Shown here piece after piece: positions 1-8,056 of a DNA stretch of 64,000 nt. The notes beneath the pieces were generated by a model that did not search any database, had not been told where the DNA came from, and saw nothing but the letters and a program-made list of their open reading frames with translations. A program made the translations under genes and the position numbers. The stretch's first letter is position 1. Each line of letters starts with the position of its first letter. The DNA is from Gemmataceae bacterium (GTDB lineage Bacteria; Planctomycetota; Planctomycetia; Gemmatales; HRBIN36), in the NCBI GenBank assembly GCA_040289265.1, contig PSKW01000002.1:28709-92708 (forward strand), in the 5' to 3' direction.

Positions 1-474
1 GTTGTACTTCGTAGTCGTCGTCTCTCGGATGAATCGTTCCAGGTCCTCCTCGAATTTTTTCAGCCCTGCCTGCCCGGCGAACGACTCGTTAAAACCAAAA
101 AAAGCGATCACGATGTCCGGCTTGTGATCGAACAGCGTGTGCCCATGCTGGTCGAAATTCAAGGACCTGGGCCGCAAATAAAGTTCGTCCGCCGACCAAC
201 CCAGATTGCGCACCACTAGTTCATGGTCGGGGAAGCGGCTGTGCAACAACGTTTCCCAATGGCCGAAATACTGCTCGCGTTCAGCCAGCGTATTGCCTAT
301 GAGCACGATCCGATTACCGCGAGCAACCTGCAAGTAGCGCCGCGGTTTGCGCTGTTCGGATGTACTGACGACCGGCGCCCCTTTTTTGCTTTGTTCTGCT
401 TCAGCGGGCCAGCTCTGCCCCAGAGAGAGCACGTACAACCCGCACAGCGTGCTCGCCAGCCAAAACGAACTCAT
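1..474 (-). CDS. secreted protein with SGNH/GDSL-hydrolase-like N-terminal domain; 5' portion only, the gene runs off the left edge
   Basis: Manual minus-strand translation from ATG (474-472): MSSFWLASTLCGLYVLSLGQSWPAEA (signal peptide) ...GNRIVLIGNTLAEREQYFGHWE...PDIVIAFFGFNESFAG... The frame stays open to position 1 (158 codons). It is missing from the ORF track because it has no stop in the window. The fold assignment rests on motif resemblance only. Confidence 0.5.
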   Translation of the reverse strand, partial: MSSFWLASTLCGLYVLSLGQSWPAEAEQSKKGAPVVSTSEQRKPRRYLQVARGNRIVLIGNTLAEREQYFGHWETLLHSRFPDHELVVRNLGWSADELYLRPRSLNFDQHGHTLFDHKPDIVIAFFGFNESFAGQAGLKKFEEDLERFIRETTTTKYN

Positions 475-695
475 CCCCCTCGCCACTGCAGGGTGCCTCA
501 TGTCCTCACCTCGACAAATATGCGGGGAAAAGCCACGATCTCGGCGGGTCCTCGCGGTCGAGCCGCATCCGTTCGCAGGTAGGGCAACGCCGCTGGTGTA
601 ACCAAAGTCCTCGTGCGCTTCGGCCGCTCGGGCGATCCGGCATATCCAGCGGCTATCTCCACGAGGCACACCGGCCACCGCGTTAGCACTTTATT

Positions 696-1001
696 CTAGC
701 TAGATGCCGCCTGGTCCATCAACCTGCCTAAGTAAAAAATCCCGATGCCGCAGGCCGACAAAAGCAGCGATTGTTTGAGGTCCAAACCGTGCCGTGCATC
801 GGCCATTTCTGCTAGATTGCCGGCGATCGCTACGGGCACGAGCACCAGACCGATGAGCTGCAAAGAGCGGCCGAGCAAACGCCGCACCGTCGTCTCCTTT
901 TCCTTTTCTCCTCCGCGCCTGTCTACAGAATCGTACAACGCATCATGGCCGCGGTTGTGCGGGCACCGCCCATCCTCTAGCATAGAACCGCTCTCGGACA
1001 T
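696..1001 (-). CDS. small two-helix membrane protein (hypothetical)
   Basis: This is the 3' part of track ORF 696..1535. Only the last ~101 codons look protein-like: MSESGSMLEDG...LQLIGLVLVPVAIAGNLAEM...SLLLSACGIGIFYLGRLM, giving two hydrophobic helices. The upstream part of the ORF is R/P/S-rich shadow. The start at ATG 1001-999 is a guess. Confidence 0.35.
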   Translation of the reverse strand: MSESGSMLEDGRCPHNRGHDALYDSVDRRGGEKEKETTVRRLLGRSLQLIGLVLVPVAIAGNLAEMADARHGLDLKQSLLLSACGIGIFYLGRLMDQAASS

Positions 1002-1053
1002 TGCACAGCAAATGGGTAGGTCTTGACATTGCACAGCAAATGGGTAGGTCTTA
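998..1053. repeat. 28-bp tandem direct duplication (2 copies, 27/28 identical)
   Basis: acattgcacagcaaatgggtaggtcttG (998-1025) is followed immediately by acattgcacagcaaatgggtaggtcttA (1026-1053). The junction creates TTGACA at 1023-1028. The repeat lies between the divergent small membrane ORF and the RND adaptor gene. Confidence 0.95.
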
Positions 1054-1153
1054 GAACAGTGATGCCGAAGGTGTTTTGCAGTATCAGCCAGTGCGCAATG
1101 CCACGACTTTCGCCTCACGCTGCCGGTGCCTCGCCCCGGATATGTGCCGGAGG

Positions 1154-2773
1154 ATGTACGCAGTGGTAACGGACAAGCAAACGCGTGCCGATCGGTCCGG
1201 CGGTGCAGTGATTTCGGCCCAGGAACGATATGTCCCTCTGTGGCGAGCTTTCCGCTATCTCCTTTCTGTGTTGCCCACGGCTGTGGTGTTCGCTTTGTTG
1301 GTCGTCTTGTTTTGGTGGGGCCACCATCATCGCTGGACGATGCCCAGGTGGGCACAGATCGTCGGCCAGGAGGAAGCGCAAACGGATGACTGGTGCGCGG
1401 AGCACGGTGTTCCGGAATCGGTGTGCGTCGAATGCCAGCCCGAGCAGTTTCCACCGCCGCCGAGCTTCGGCTGGTGCTCCGAGCACGGCATTCCGGACTG
1501 TCCCTTGGAGCATCCCGAGGTAGCTCAGCTGGCAACTGTGACGCCGCCCACGGACCGCGAACGGGCGCGCGTGCGCCGCGCCCTCGAACTCAAAGAACGA
1601 CCGGTCAACCATCCCGAGTGTCAGCTCCGCAGGCGGCGCCTGCAATTTGCCTCTCAGGAGGCCTTTGCCAGAAGCGGTATCGAGCTGGCAGTGGTACAGC
1701 GAGGGCCAGTTGTCGAAGCTCTGGAGGCGAGCGGAGAAGTGACTTACGATCCGACTCGGGTCACACGCGTGGCGGCGCGCACCCCGGCCACCGTACGGCA
1801 CGTCTACCGTTCTTTGGGTGACCAGGTAGCGCGCGGCGAAATCTTGGCTCTGCTGGATGCTGCAGAAGTGGGCAGATCCAAAGCCGAATTGGTGCAGGCT
1901 TTGGTCCAGGTCCAGCTGCGCAAAGCCCAACTCGAGCGCTTGCGGTCCACGCCTACGCTGAGTACCAAGCAACAACTCCAGGAAGCTGAAGCGGCCCTGC
2001 ACGAAGCACAGGCGCGGGTTCTCTTGGCACAGCAGTCCCTGATCAATCTCGGGCTGGTTGTGCCACAAGAGCTGCTGCAGGACCGCTCGCCGGACGCCGT
2101 CATGGCGCTTTTGAAACTGGCCGGGCTGCCGCCCGCTCTGGCGTCCTCTTTGGATCCTCGGACGATCTCCACCAATCTGTTGCCGGTCGCTGCACCGATC
2201 GAGGGCACGATCATAGCGCGCGAGATCAGCCAGGGCGAAACAGTAGAATCCACGCGCACTCTGTTCGTCGTCGCCGATACCTCCCATATGTGGCTCAACT
2301 TGAACGTACGGGCCGAAGACGCAGCCGACGTGCACATCGGCCAGCGCGTGTTTTTCCGCCCGGACGGCAGCAAGGAGGAATTCACAGGCACACTCTTTTG
2401 GATCGACACCAGCTTGGACGAAAAAACGCGGACACTCAAGGTGCGGGCACAACTGGACAACCGACACGGGTGTCTGCGAGACCACATGTTCGGACAGGGA
2501 CGTATTCTGCTGCGTCACGACGAAAACGCCACGCTCGTCCCCAACGAGGCTGTGCACTGGGAAGGGTGCTGTTTCGTCGTTTTCGTGCGCGACAGGGATT
2601 GGGAGTCGCTGCACGGCGCCCGCGTCTTCCACGTGCGCAAAGTCCGGCCCGGAGCCGTCAGCGGCCCGCGCCGCGAGATCATCGCTGGCCTTTTGCCCGG
2701 CGAGGTCGTAGCGGCTCGCGGCAGCACGATCCTGCTCGCCCAATTGCTGCGTCACAAGATGGGCGCAGGGTGA
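1154..2773 (+). CDS. efflux RND transporter periplasmic adaptor (membrane fusion protein, CzcB/CusB-like)
   Basis: Track ORF 1076..2773. The start is uncertain (ATG 1076, 1142 or 1154). It has an N-terminal TM helix LLSVLPTAVVFALLVVLFWW, followed by lipoyl/barrel-sandwich and coiled-coil regions (GDQVARGEILALLD...AELVQALVQVQLRKAQLERL...IEGTIIAREISQGETVE...LKVRAQLDN). It sits directly upstream of the RND pump gene. Confidence 0.85.
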   Translation: MYAVVTDKQTRADRSGGAVISAQERYVPLWRAFRYLLSVLPTAVVFALLVVLFWWGHHHRWTMPRWAQIVGQEEAQTDDWCAEHGVPESVCVECQPEQFPPPPSFGWCSEHGIPDCPLEHPEVAQLATVTPPTDRERARVRRALELKERPVNHPECQLRRRRLQFASQEAFARSGIELAVVQRGPVVEALEASGEVTYDPTRVTRVAARTPATVRHVYRSLGDQVARGEILALLDAAEVGRSKAELVQALVQVQLRKAQLERLRSTPTLSTKQQLQEAEAALHEAQARVLLAQQSLINLGLVVPQELLQDRSPDAVMALLKLAGLPPALASSLDPRTISTNLLPVAAPIEGTIIAREISQGETVESTRTLFVVADTSHMWLNLNVRAEDAADVHIGQRVFFRPDGSKEEFTGTLFWIDTSLDEKTRTLKVRAQLDNRHGCLRDHMFGQGRILLRHDENATLVPNEAVHWEGCCFVVFVRDRDWESLHGARVFHVRKVRPGAVSGPRREIIAGLLPGEVVAARGSTILLAQLLRHKMGAG

Positions 2774-2838
2774 GTGGATGGTAGAGACTAGCCATCGGTG
2801 CGATGGCAGAACACGGCACGCACCCGCACGGCACTACG

Positions 2839-5800
2839 ATGCTGACTTGGATCATAGACTTCTCGTTGCGTCATCGGCTCCTGGTCATTGCCGTGGTAGC
2901 CACGGCAGCAGCGGTAGGGGCCTTTTCCCTGCTGCATTTGGACATAGATGCCTTTCCGGATACAGCACCTGTCCAAGTACAAATCAACACCCTAGCTCCT
3001 GCCTTGAGTCCGGAAGAAATCGAGCAGCAAATCACCTGGCGCATCGAGCAGGCACTCGGTGCCTTGCCGTCGGTCGTCTCCCTGCGCTCGCAGTCGCAAT
3101 ACGGGCTGTCGCAGGTGGTGCTGACTTTCGCCGACGGAACGGACATTTATTTCGCCAGGCAGCTGATCAGCGAGCGATTGGCCAGCGTGGAACTGCCGCC
3201 AGGCATCGAGCGCCCACGGCTCGGCCCTGTATCTACCGGCTTGGGCGAGATCTTCCACTACCTGCTCGTGTGCAAAGACGGGAGCCTGGACGATCTACCG
3301 GAAGAAGAACGCAGGCAACGGCTCATCGAGTTGCGCACCCTGCACGATTGGGTAGTCCGACCGCAACTGCTCACTGTCCCTGGCGTCGCCGAGGTCAGCA
3401 GCTGGGGCGGGTACGAAAAGCAATACCAGATCCTTTTCGACCCCCACCGGCTCATCCGTCATGGCTTGACCCTAGAAGACCTGGTCCAGGCCGTGCAGAA
3501 AAACATCCACAACGTGGGTGGCGGCACGGTCCAGGAGCAGTCCTCCATGATCCTCGTCCAAGCGGTAGGACGTCCCGAAACGTTGGAACACATCGAAAAC
3601 ATCCTCATCACGACCCACGCCGGTCAGCCGATCCGCGTGCGCGACGTCGCCGAGGTACGCACCGGCACAGCGGTGCGTCTGGGCGCAGTCACGGCTAATG
3701 GCCGAGGAGAGGCGGTACTCGGCTTGGCTTTTTTGCGCATGGGCGAAAACGCCCACCGAGTCGCGCGCGCTCTGCGTGACAAGCTGGCGGCCATCGGTCC
3801 GACACTGCCGCCACATGTGGACGTACGCATCGTCTACGACCGTGTCGAGCTGATAGATTACGTCATCGAAACCGTACGCAGCAATCTGTTCGAAGGCGGT
3901 CTATTGGTCATCGCCGTGCTTTTTGCCTTCCTGGGCCATCTGCGGGCCGCCGCCATCGTGGCCCTGGCGATCCCGCTTTCCATGCTGTTTGCGTTTTCCG
4001 GCATGCTCCGTTTCGGCATCGCGGCAAGTTTGCTCAGTCTCGGTGCCATTGATTTCGGCATGATCGTAGATAGTTCGGTCGTCCTGGTGGAAAACTGTGT
4101 GCGCCAGTTGTCGCACAGACCGGAGGCAGATGGGCCGGCGTCTGCTGCGGAAAACCGGACCGATCCGGTGTCGGAGCGACTGCGGATCATCCGCGATGCC
4201 GCCGTCGAGGTGCGCAAGCCGACTCTCTTCGGCGAGCTCATCATCATCGTCGTCTATCTCCCCATCCTCACCCTGGAAGGCGTGGAGGGTAAACTGTTCC
4301 GACCGATGGCGCTCACGGTCATTTTCGCCCTGTGTGGATCGCTGGTCTTGTCCATGACGCTCATGCCTGTTTTGGCGAGTCTGCTTTTGTCCCGCCGGAT
4401 GAGCCCGCGGATGCCTTTACTGATGCGCTTGGCCCATCTGATCCACGCCCCAGTGTTGCGCGTATGCATGCGCTATCCAGGAACCGTACTGGCTCTTACG
4501 GCGGGTATCCTTTTCGTCGCGTTCGTGATGATCGCGCCCCATCTGGGCGCCGAATTCGTTCCGCGCTTGTCCGAGGGGACCATCGGTATCAATGTCGTGC
4601 GCATCCCGGGCACCACCCTAGAGGAGTCCGTGCGCTACAACACGCAGATGGAAAAACTCATAGGGCAGCTTTTTCCCGACGAGGTACGCGATGTCTGGAG
4701 CCGGGCGGGCACTGCCGATATCGCTACCGATCCGATGGGCGTCGAGCTGACCGATGTGTACATCACCCTACAGCCGCGGCACCGCTGGAAGCGTGCCCGC
4801 ACCCAGGAGGAGTTGACCGAACTTCTAGAAAAAGAGTTGCGCGTCCTGCCGGGGCAGCGTCTGGCTTTCACCCAGCCGATCGAGATGCGGCTGGAAGAAA
4901 TGAGCAGCGGGGTGCGTGCCGACGTTGCCGTGAAACTCTTCGGTGACGACCTGGATGTGCTGCGCGACAAGGCCCGGCACATCGAAGAAATACTGCGTGG
5001 CATCCCCGGCAGCGCTGACGTCGGCGTCCAACAAAGGACCGGGCAGCCCGTGTTGCAGATTCGCGTCGCTCGCGAGCGCATCGCCCGCTCCGGAGTGCCC
5101 GCGCAGTCGGTGCTGGACTATGTGGAAACAGTCAGCGGCAAAGCGCTGGGAGATATTTTCGAGGGGCAGATGCGTTTCCCGTTAGTCCTGCGCTTGAGCG
5201 ACTCCTGGCGTCGCAGCCCGACGACCCTCGGCGCTTTGGTCGTCCCTACGCCCGCCGGCGAGCAGATTCCTCTGGTACGCCTGGCCGACCTGCGCATCGC
5301 AGAAACGCCTTCGGTGATTACCCGCGAATGGGGCCAGCGCTGCCTGTATGTATCGTGCAACGTGCGTCGGCGGGATCTGGTCGGTTTCGTCCAGGAGGTG
5401 CAGCGCGCCTTGCGCTCGCACCTAGTTTTGCCCAACGCCCGCTACCGCTGGGAAATAGCCGGGGACTATGAGCACTATATCAACGCACGCTACCGGCTCA
5501 TGCTCGTCGTCCCCCTGGCCATCGGTTTGATTTTTACCCTGCTCTACATCACGTACGGCAATGTCCTGGACGCTTTGCGGGTTATGACCGGTGTGCCGTT
5601 GAGCTGGGTCGGCGGAATCGTCGCCTTGTGGCTGCGCGATATGCCCTTCTCCATCTCCGCGGCCATCGGTTTTATCGCCATGTCCGGAGTGAGCATCCTC
5701 GACGACATGATTTTGGTCTCATATATTCGGCAGTTGCGGCGGGGCGGTCTGCCGCGCGACGAGGCTGTACGCCTTGCCGCAGTCACCCGTTTGCGTCCTG

Positions 5801-6141
5801 TACTCATGACCACTTTGGTCGCTAGTCTGGGCTTTTTGCCCATGGCCATAAGCACCGGCGTCGGTGCCGAAGTCCAGCGTCCACTGGCTACAGTCGTCAT
5901 CGGCGGCGTCGTCGCCGCCATGCTCATGTCGTTGCTGGTTATCCGCGTGCTCTACCTGGTCTTCGATAAACTCGCCGAATTCATCGCCCGGTTCTGCGAG
6001 CGTTATTTGCATATATCCGGCCGCCGATTGTATTGGCTCCTCGGCGAGTATCGGGATCGCACCCCCGAGTCACATACGGCTACCGGATCGACATCCGACC
6101 CAGCGCTGATTGCGCTTCGCAACCTTGGCGACAGCGACTAA
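2839..6141 (+). CDS. CusA/CzcA-family heavy-metal efflux RND permease
   Basis: Track ORF 2803..6141. I placed the start at ATG 2839 because MLTWIIDFSLRHRLLV matches the usual N-terminus of this family. The size is ~1100 aa, and the family-typical blocks DAFPDTAPVQVQI, GLGEIFHY, AIDFGMIVDSSVVLVEN and FIAMSGVSILDDMILV are present. Confidence 0.95.
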   Translation: MLTWIIDFSLRHRLLVIAVVATAAAVGAFSLLHLDIDAFPDTAPVQVQINTLAPALSPEEIEQQITWRIEQALGALPSVVSLRSQSQYGLSQVVLTFADGTDIYFARQLISERLASVELPPGIERPRLGPVSTGLGEIFHYLLVCKDGSLDDLPEEERRQRLIELRTLHDWVVRPQLLTVPGVAEVSSWGGYEKQYQILFDPHRLIRHGLTLEDLVQAVQKNIHNVGGGTVQEQSSMILVQAVGRPETLEHIENILITTHAGQPIRVRDVAEVRTGTAVRLGAVTANGRGEAVLGLAFLRMGENAHRVARALRDKLAAIGPTLPPHVDVRIVYDRVELIDYVIETVRSNLFEGGLLVIAVLFAFLGHLRAAAIVALAIPLSMLFAFSGMLRFGIAASLLSLGAIDFGMIVDSSVVLVENCVRQLSHRPEADGPASAAENRTDPVSERLRIIRDAAVEVRKPTLFGELIIIVVYLPILTLEGVEGKLFRPMALTVIFALCGSLVLSMTLMPVLASLLLSRRMSPRMPLLMRLAHLIHAPVLRVCMRYPGTVLALTAGILFVAFVMIAPHLGAEFVPRLSEGTIGINVVRIPGTTLEESVRYNTQMEKLIGQLFPDEVRDVWSRAGTADIATDPMGVELTDVYITLQPRHRWKRARTQEELTELLEKELRVLPGQRLAFTQPIEMRLEEMSSGVRADVAVKLFGDDLDVLRDKARHIEEILRGIPGSADVGVQQRTGQPVLQIRVARERIARSGVPAQSVLDYVETVSGKALGDIFEGQMRFPLVLRLSDSWRRSPTTLGALVVPTPAGEQIPLVRLADLRIAETPSVITREWGQRCLYVSCNVRRRDLVGFVQEVQRALRSHLVLPNARYRWEIAGDYEHYINARYRLMLVVPLAIGLIFTLLYITYGNVLDALRVMTGVPLSWVGGIVALWLRDMPFSISAAIGFIAMSGVSILDDMILVSYIRQLRRGGLPRDEAVRLAAVTRLRPVLMTTLVASLGFLPMAISTGVGAEVQRPLATVVIGGVVAAMLMSLLVIRVLYLVFDKLAEFIARFCERYLHISGRRLYWLLGEYRDRTPESHTATGSTSDPALIALRNLGDSD

Positions 6142-6409
6142 TCTTTACTGTGACGCCGGATCTTGTGTAAACTGTAGCATAGAGTCGGTGGGCCATACAT
6201 GTGCCGGCAGTCGGGGCTGTATATGGGCAAAACGCGCTCTATCTCGACGGTCGTCTATGAACTCCTTCTAGCTTCGACTGGAAGTCTAATTTTCAAGCTG
6301 GCAGTGGCTCTTTTCGTGGCTCTGCTTTTGCTATGTACATACCTGGGGGCCGGCGGGTGAATTACTGTCGTTACCCATCAGTGAATTTCGCGAGCGGCCC
6401 GTACCTGCC

Positions 6410-6703
6410 TTGGGCTGGTGGCTTTTCATTAGCTCGATAGGCATCGTCGTAGTGTACGGCATCGCTCTGGCGCTGCGTAAGCACTACCTGGAGGCGGGAG
6501 TAAGCGCGGTTTTACTCATCTTGCTGCTCATCGTCGCGGCGACACCGACCTACGACCTTGGTCACGAACTGTGTTCCTGCGCGTTATTGGCTCTGGCCTA
6601 TATGTATACCGCGATCATGATCGTGGCCGGCGTGGCACTCGCAGACTGGCCCCGCTTCGTCGCTTATCTGCCCCTGGCTACGCCTTTCTTCCTGACACAA
6701 TAG
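6410..6703 (+). CDS. hypothetical integral membrane protein
   Basis: 97-aa ORF with a TTG start in the track and 3-4 hydrophobic helices (WWLFISSIGIVVVYGIALAL, VSAVLLILLLIVAATP, CALLALAYMYTAIMIVAGVALA). No domain recognised. It is followed in frame by TAG and a further open frame (see findings). Confidence 0.4.
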   Translation: MGWWLFISSIGIVVVYGIALALRKHYLEAGVSAVLLILLLIVAATPTYDLGHELCSCALLALAYMYTAIMIVAGVALADWPRFVAYLPLATPFFLTQ

Positions 6704-7059
6704 CCGCCTCTTTCCTTGGCTACGGTGTCTGGCAAAAAGCGATGGTGCTTTATTTCCTTCTGTGCGCCGTGCTGCGGCATCATGTGGTCGTACACGGCAA
6801 GGCAAGTGACCAGATTTGCCAGCGCCGCCATAGTTCAGCAGGCGTGGCGCCACGCAAACGGATTTACCGTTTACAGGCTGAACGACCCTGGCGCCGTATG
6901 GCTTGAAAACCAGCGCCCGAGCCTGGCTTTGATTTTGAAAAAATTTTTCGATTCTCCTCTTGACTCTCTCTCTTTGTACATTGGAATTAAAGGATAGGTA
7001 TGCCCACGTGTCAGGGCGGCTACGGTCTTCGCTGGCATCTTCGAGCAGGAGGGCAAGTC

Positions 7060-7545
7060 ATGAGCAGGCGGGTAGTACAACTTGGTGCGGTGGTGGCGGC
7101 AGCAGCGCTAGCTCTATGCGGGCTACTGTGGCTGCTCACAGACAAACAGGTGCAAGCTCAGGAGACGGGTACTTATCCCCCGCCGAGCAGCTCGATTGTG
7201 GTCCAGTTCATCGCTACCAGTTACACAGTCAACGAAACCGATGGATTCGTCGAGCTGACGGTAGCCTTGAACCAACCGAGCCAGTCAGTCGTGACAGTGG
7301 ATTTTACGACTGTGGATGGTATCGCCACGGGAACCAGTAGCCCGGACAGTCCTGGAGATTACGAGTCGGCTAGCGGCACGATCCAGTTCGCTCCTGGCCA
7401 GACGACACAGGTCATTAGAGTGACCATAGTGGACGACCTGTGCGTCGAACCGACGGAGGATTTCCAAGTCCAGCTGTCCAACGCTCAGGGTGCGACCTTG
7501 GGGGCTGATTCCAGTGCTACGATTTACATTCTGGACAACGATTGA
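7060..7545 (+). CDS. Calx-beta domain-containing secreted/anchored protein
   Basis: Track ORF 7000..7545. ATG 7060 is preceded by GGAGGG 6 nt upstream. The signal anchor is VVQLGAVVAAAALALCGLLWLL. The Calx-beta pattern is FIATSYTVNETDGFVELTVAL...VTVDFTTVDGIATGT...DYESASGTIQFAPGQTTQVIRVTIVDDLCVEPTEDFQVQLSNAQGATLG. Confidence 0.8.
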   Translation: MSRRVVQLGAVVAAAALALCGLLWLLTDKQVQAQETGTYPPPSSSIVVQFIATSYTVNETDGFVELTVALNQPSQSVVTVDFTTVDGIATGTSSPDSPGDYESASGTIQFAPGQTTQVIRVTIVDDLCVEPTEDFQVQLSNAQGATLGADSSATIYILDND

Positions 7546-7589
7546 AAACTGCCCTCGACGTAGCATGCGGGAACCAAAGAGTGTAACAC

Positions 7590-7609
7590 GGCGCGAATCG
7601 CTTCGCGCC
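7590..7609 (+). terminator. candidate terminator hairpin downstream of the Calx-beta gene
   Basis: Perfect 8-bp GC-rich stem ggcgcgaa / ttcgcgcc with the 4-nt loop tcgc, 45 nt after the stop codon. There is no U-tract, so it is not a classical intrinsic terminator. Confidence 0.3.
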
Positions 7610-7681
7610 GACTAGGCTGCGCTGCTTTCCGAGGCAAGCGAATCCTCAGAAATTCTACTGGCCGACCGAGCAGGACAATTT

Positions 7682-8023
7682 ATGAACGGCAAGCTCGAGT
7701 TTTCGACGGGTGTTTTGCTCTTACACTATTCGATCTTCGCCCTGCTTTTCGCAGATACCAGTGAATTGTACGCGCCTCCGCTCTGGTGCGCTTACTGCGA
7801 CACAACTAGGCCATTTCCATGCCCTGCACAAATGACAAACGTATTACCTGGGTTCGATTGCACCAATTGTGCCGATCGGCTTTACTGCTTGTGCATGGGG
7901 ACCAATATTCCCACATTTTGCTGGGAGACTCCCCAATGCCCAGGCAGATGGTGGCCTAGGATACCTCCGGGATACAGTACATGGCTCTGCTTCTGCCAGA
8001 ATACCTACGTTTGCACATGTTAG
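7682..8023 (+). CDS. cysteine-rich small secreted protein (hypothetical; 13 Cys in 113 aa)
   Basis: ATG with AGGA 8 nt upstream. Signal-like N-terminus MNGKLEFSTGVLLLHYSIFALLFA. Cys motifs are WCAYC, DCTNC, YCLC, LCFC and VCTC. The ORF ends 33 nt before the next plus-strand ORF. The coding call is unproven because antisense ORF 7844..8554 overlaps it. Confidence 0.4.
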   Translation: MNGKLEFSTGVLLLHYSIFALLFADTSELYAPPLWCAYCDTTRPFPCPAQMTNVLPGFDCTNCADRLYCLCMGTNIPTFCWETPQCPGRWWPRIPPGYSTWLCFCQNTYVCTC

Positions 8024-8056
8024 TGCTCGACGGAAAAGCACAAGCGAGGATGCACC

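Noticed and set aside
1115-2755. 546-aa minus-strand ORF opposite the RND adaptor gene
   Set aside because: It is a mirror ORF of a recognisable membrane-fusion protein. Its composition is Arg/Gly/Gln-rich and low in information, and it has no start context.
7547-7557. Possible att-like direct repeat of the tRNA-Glu 3' end at the far side of the AT-rich module
   Set aside because: tgccctcgacg matches tgaccccgacg of the tRNA flank at only 9 of 11 positions. That is too short and imperfect to call, and no integrase is present.
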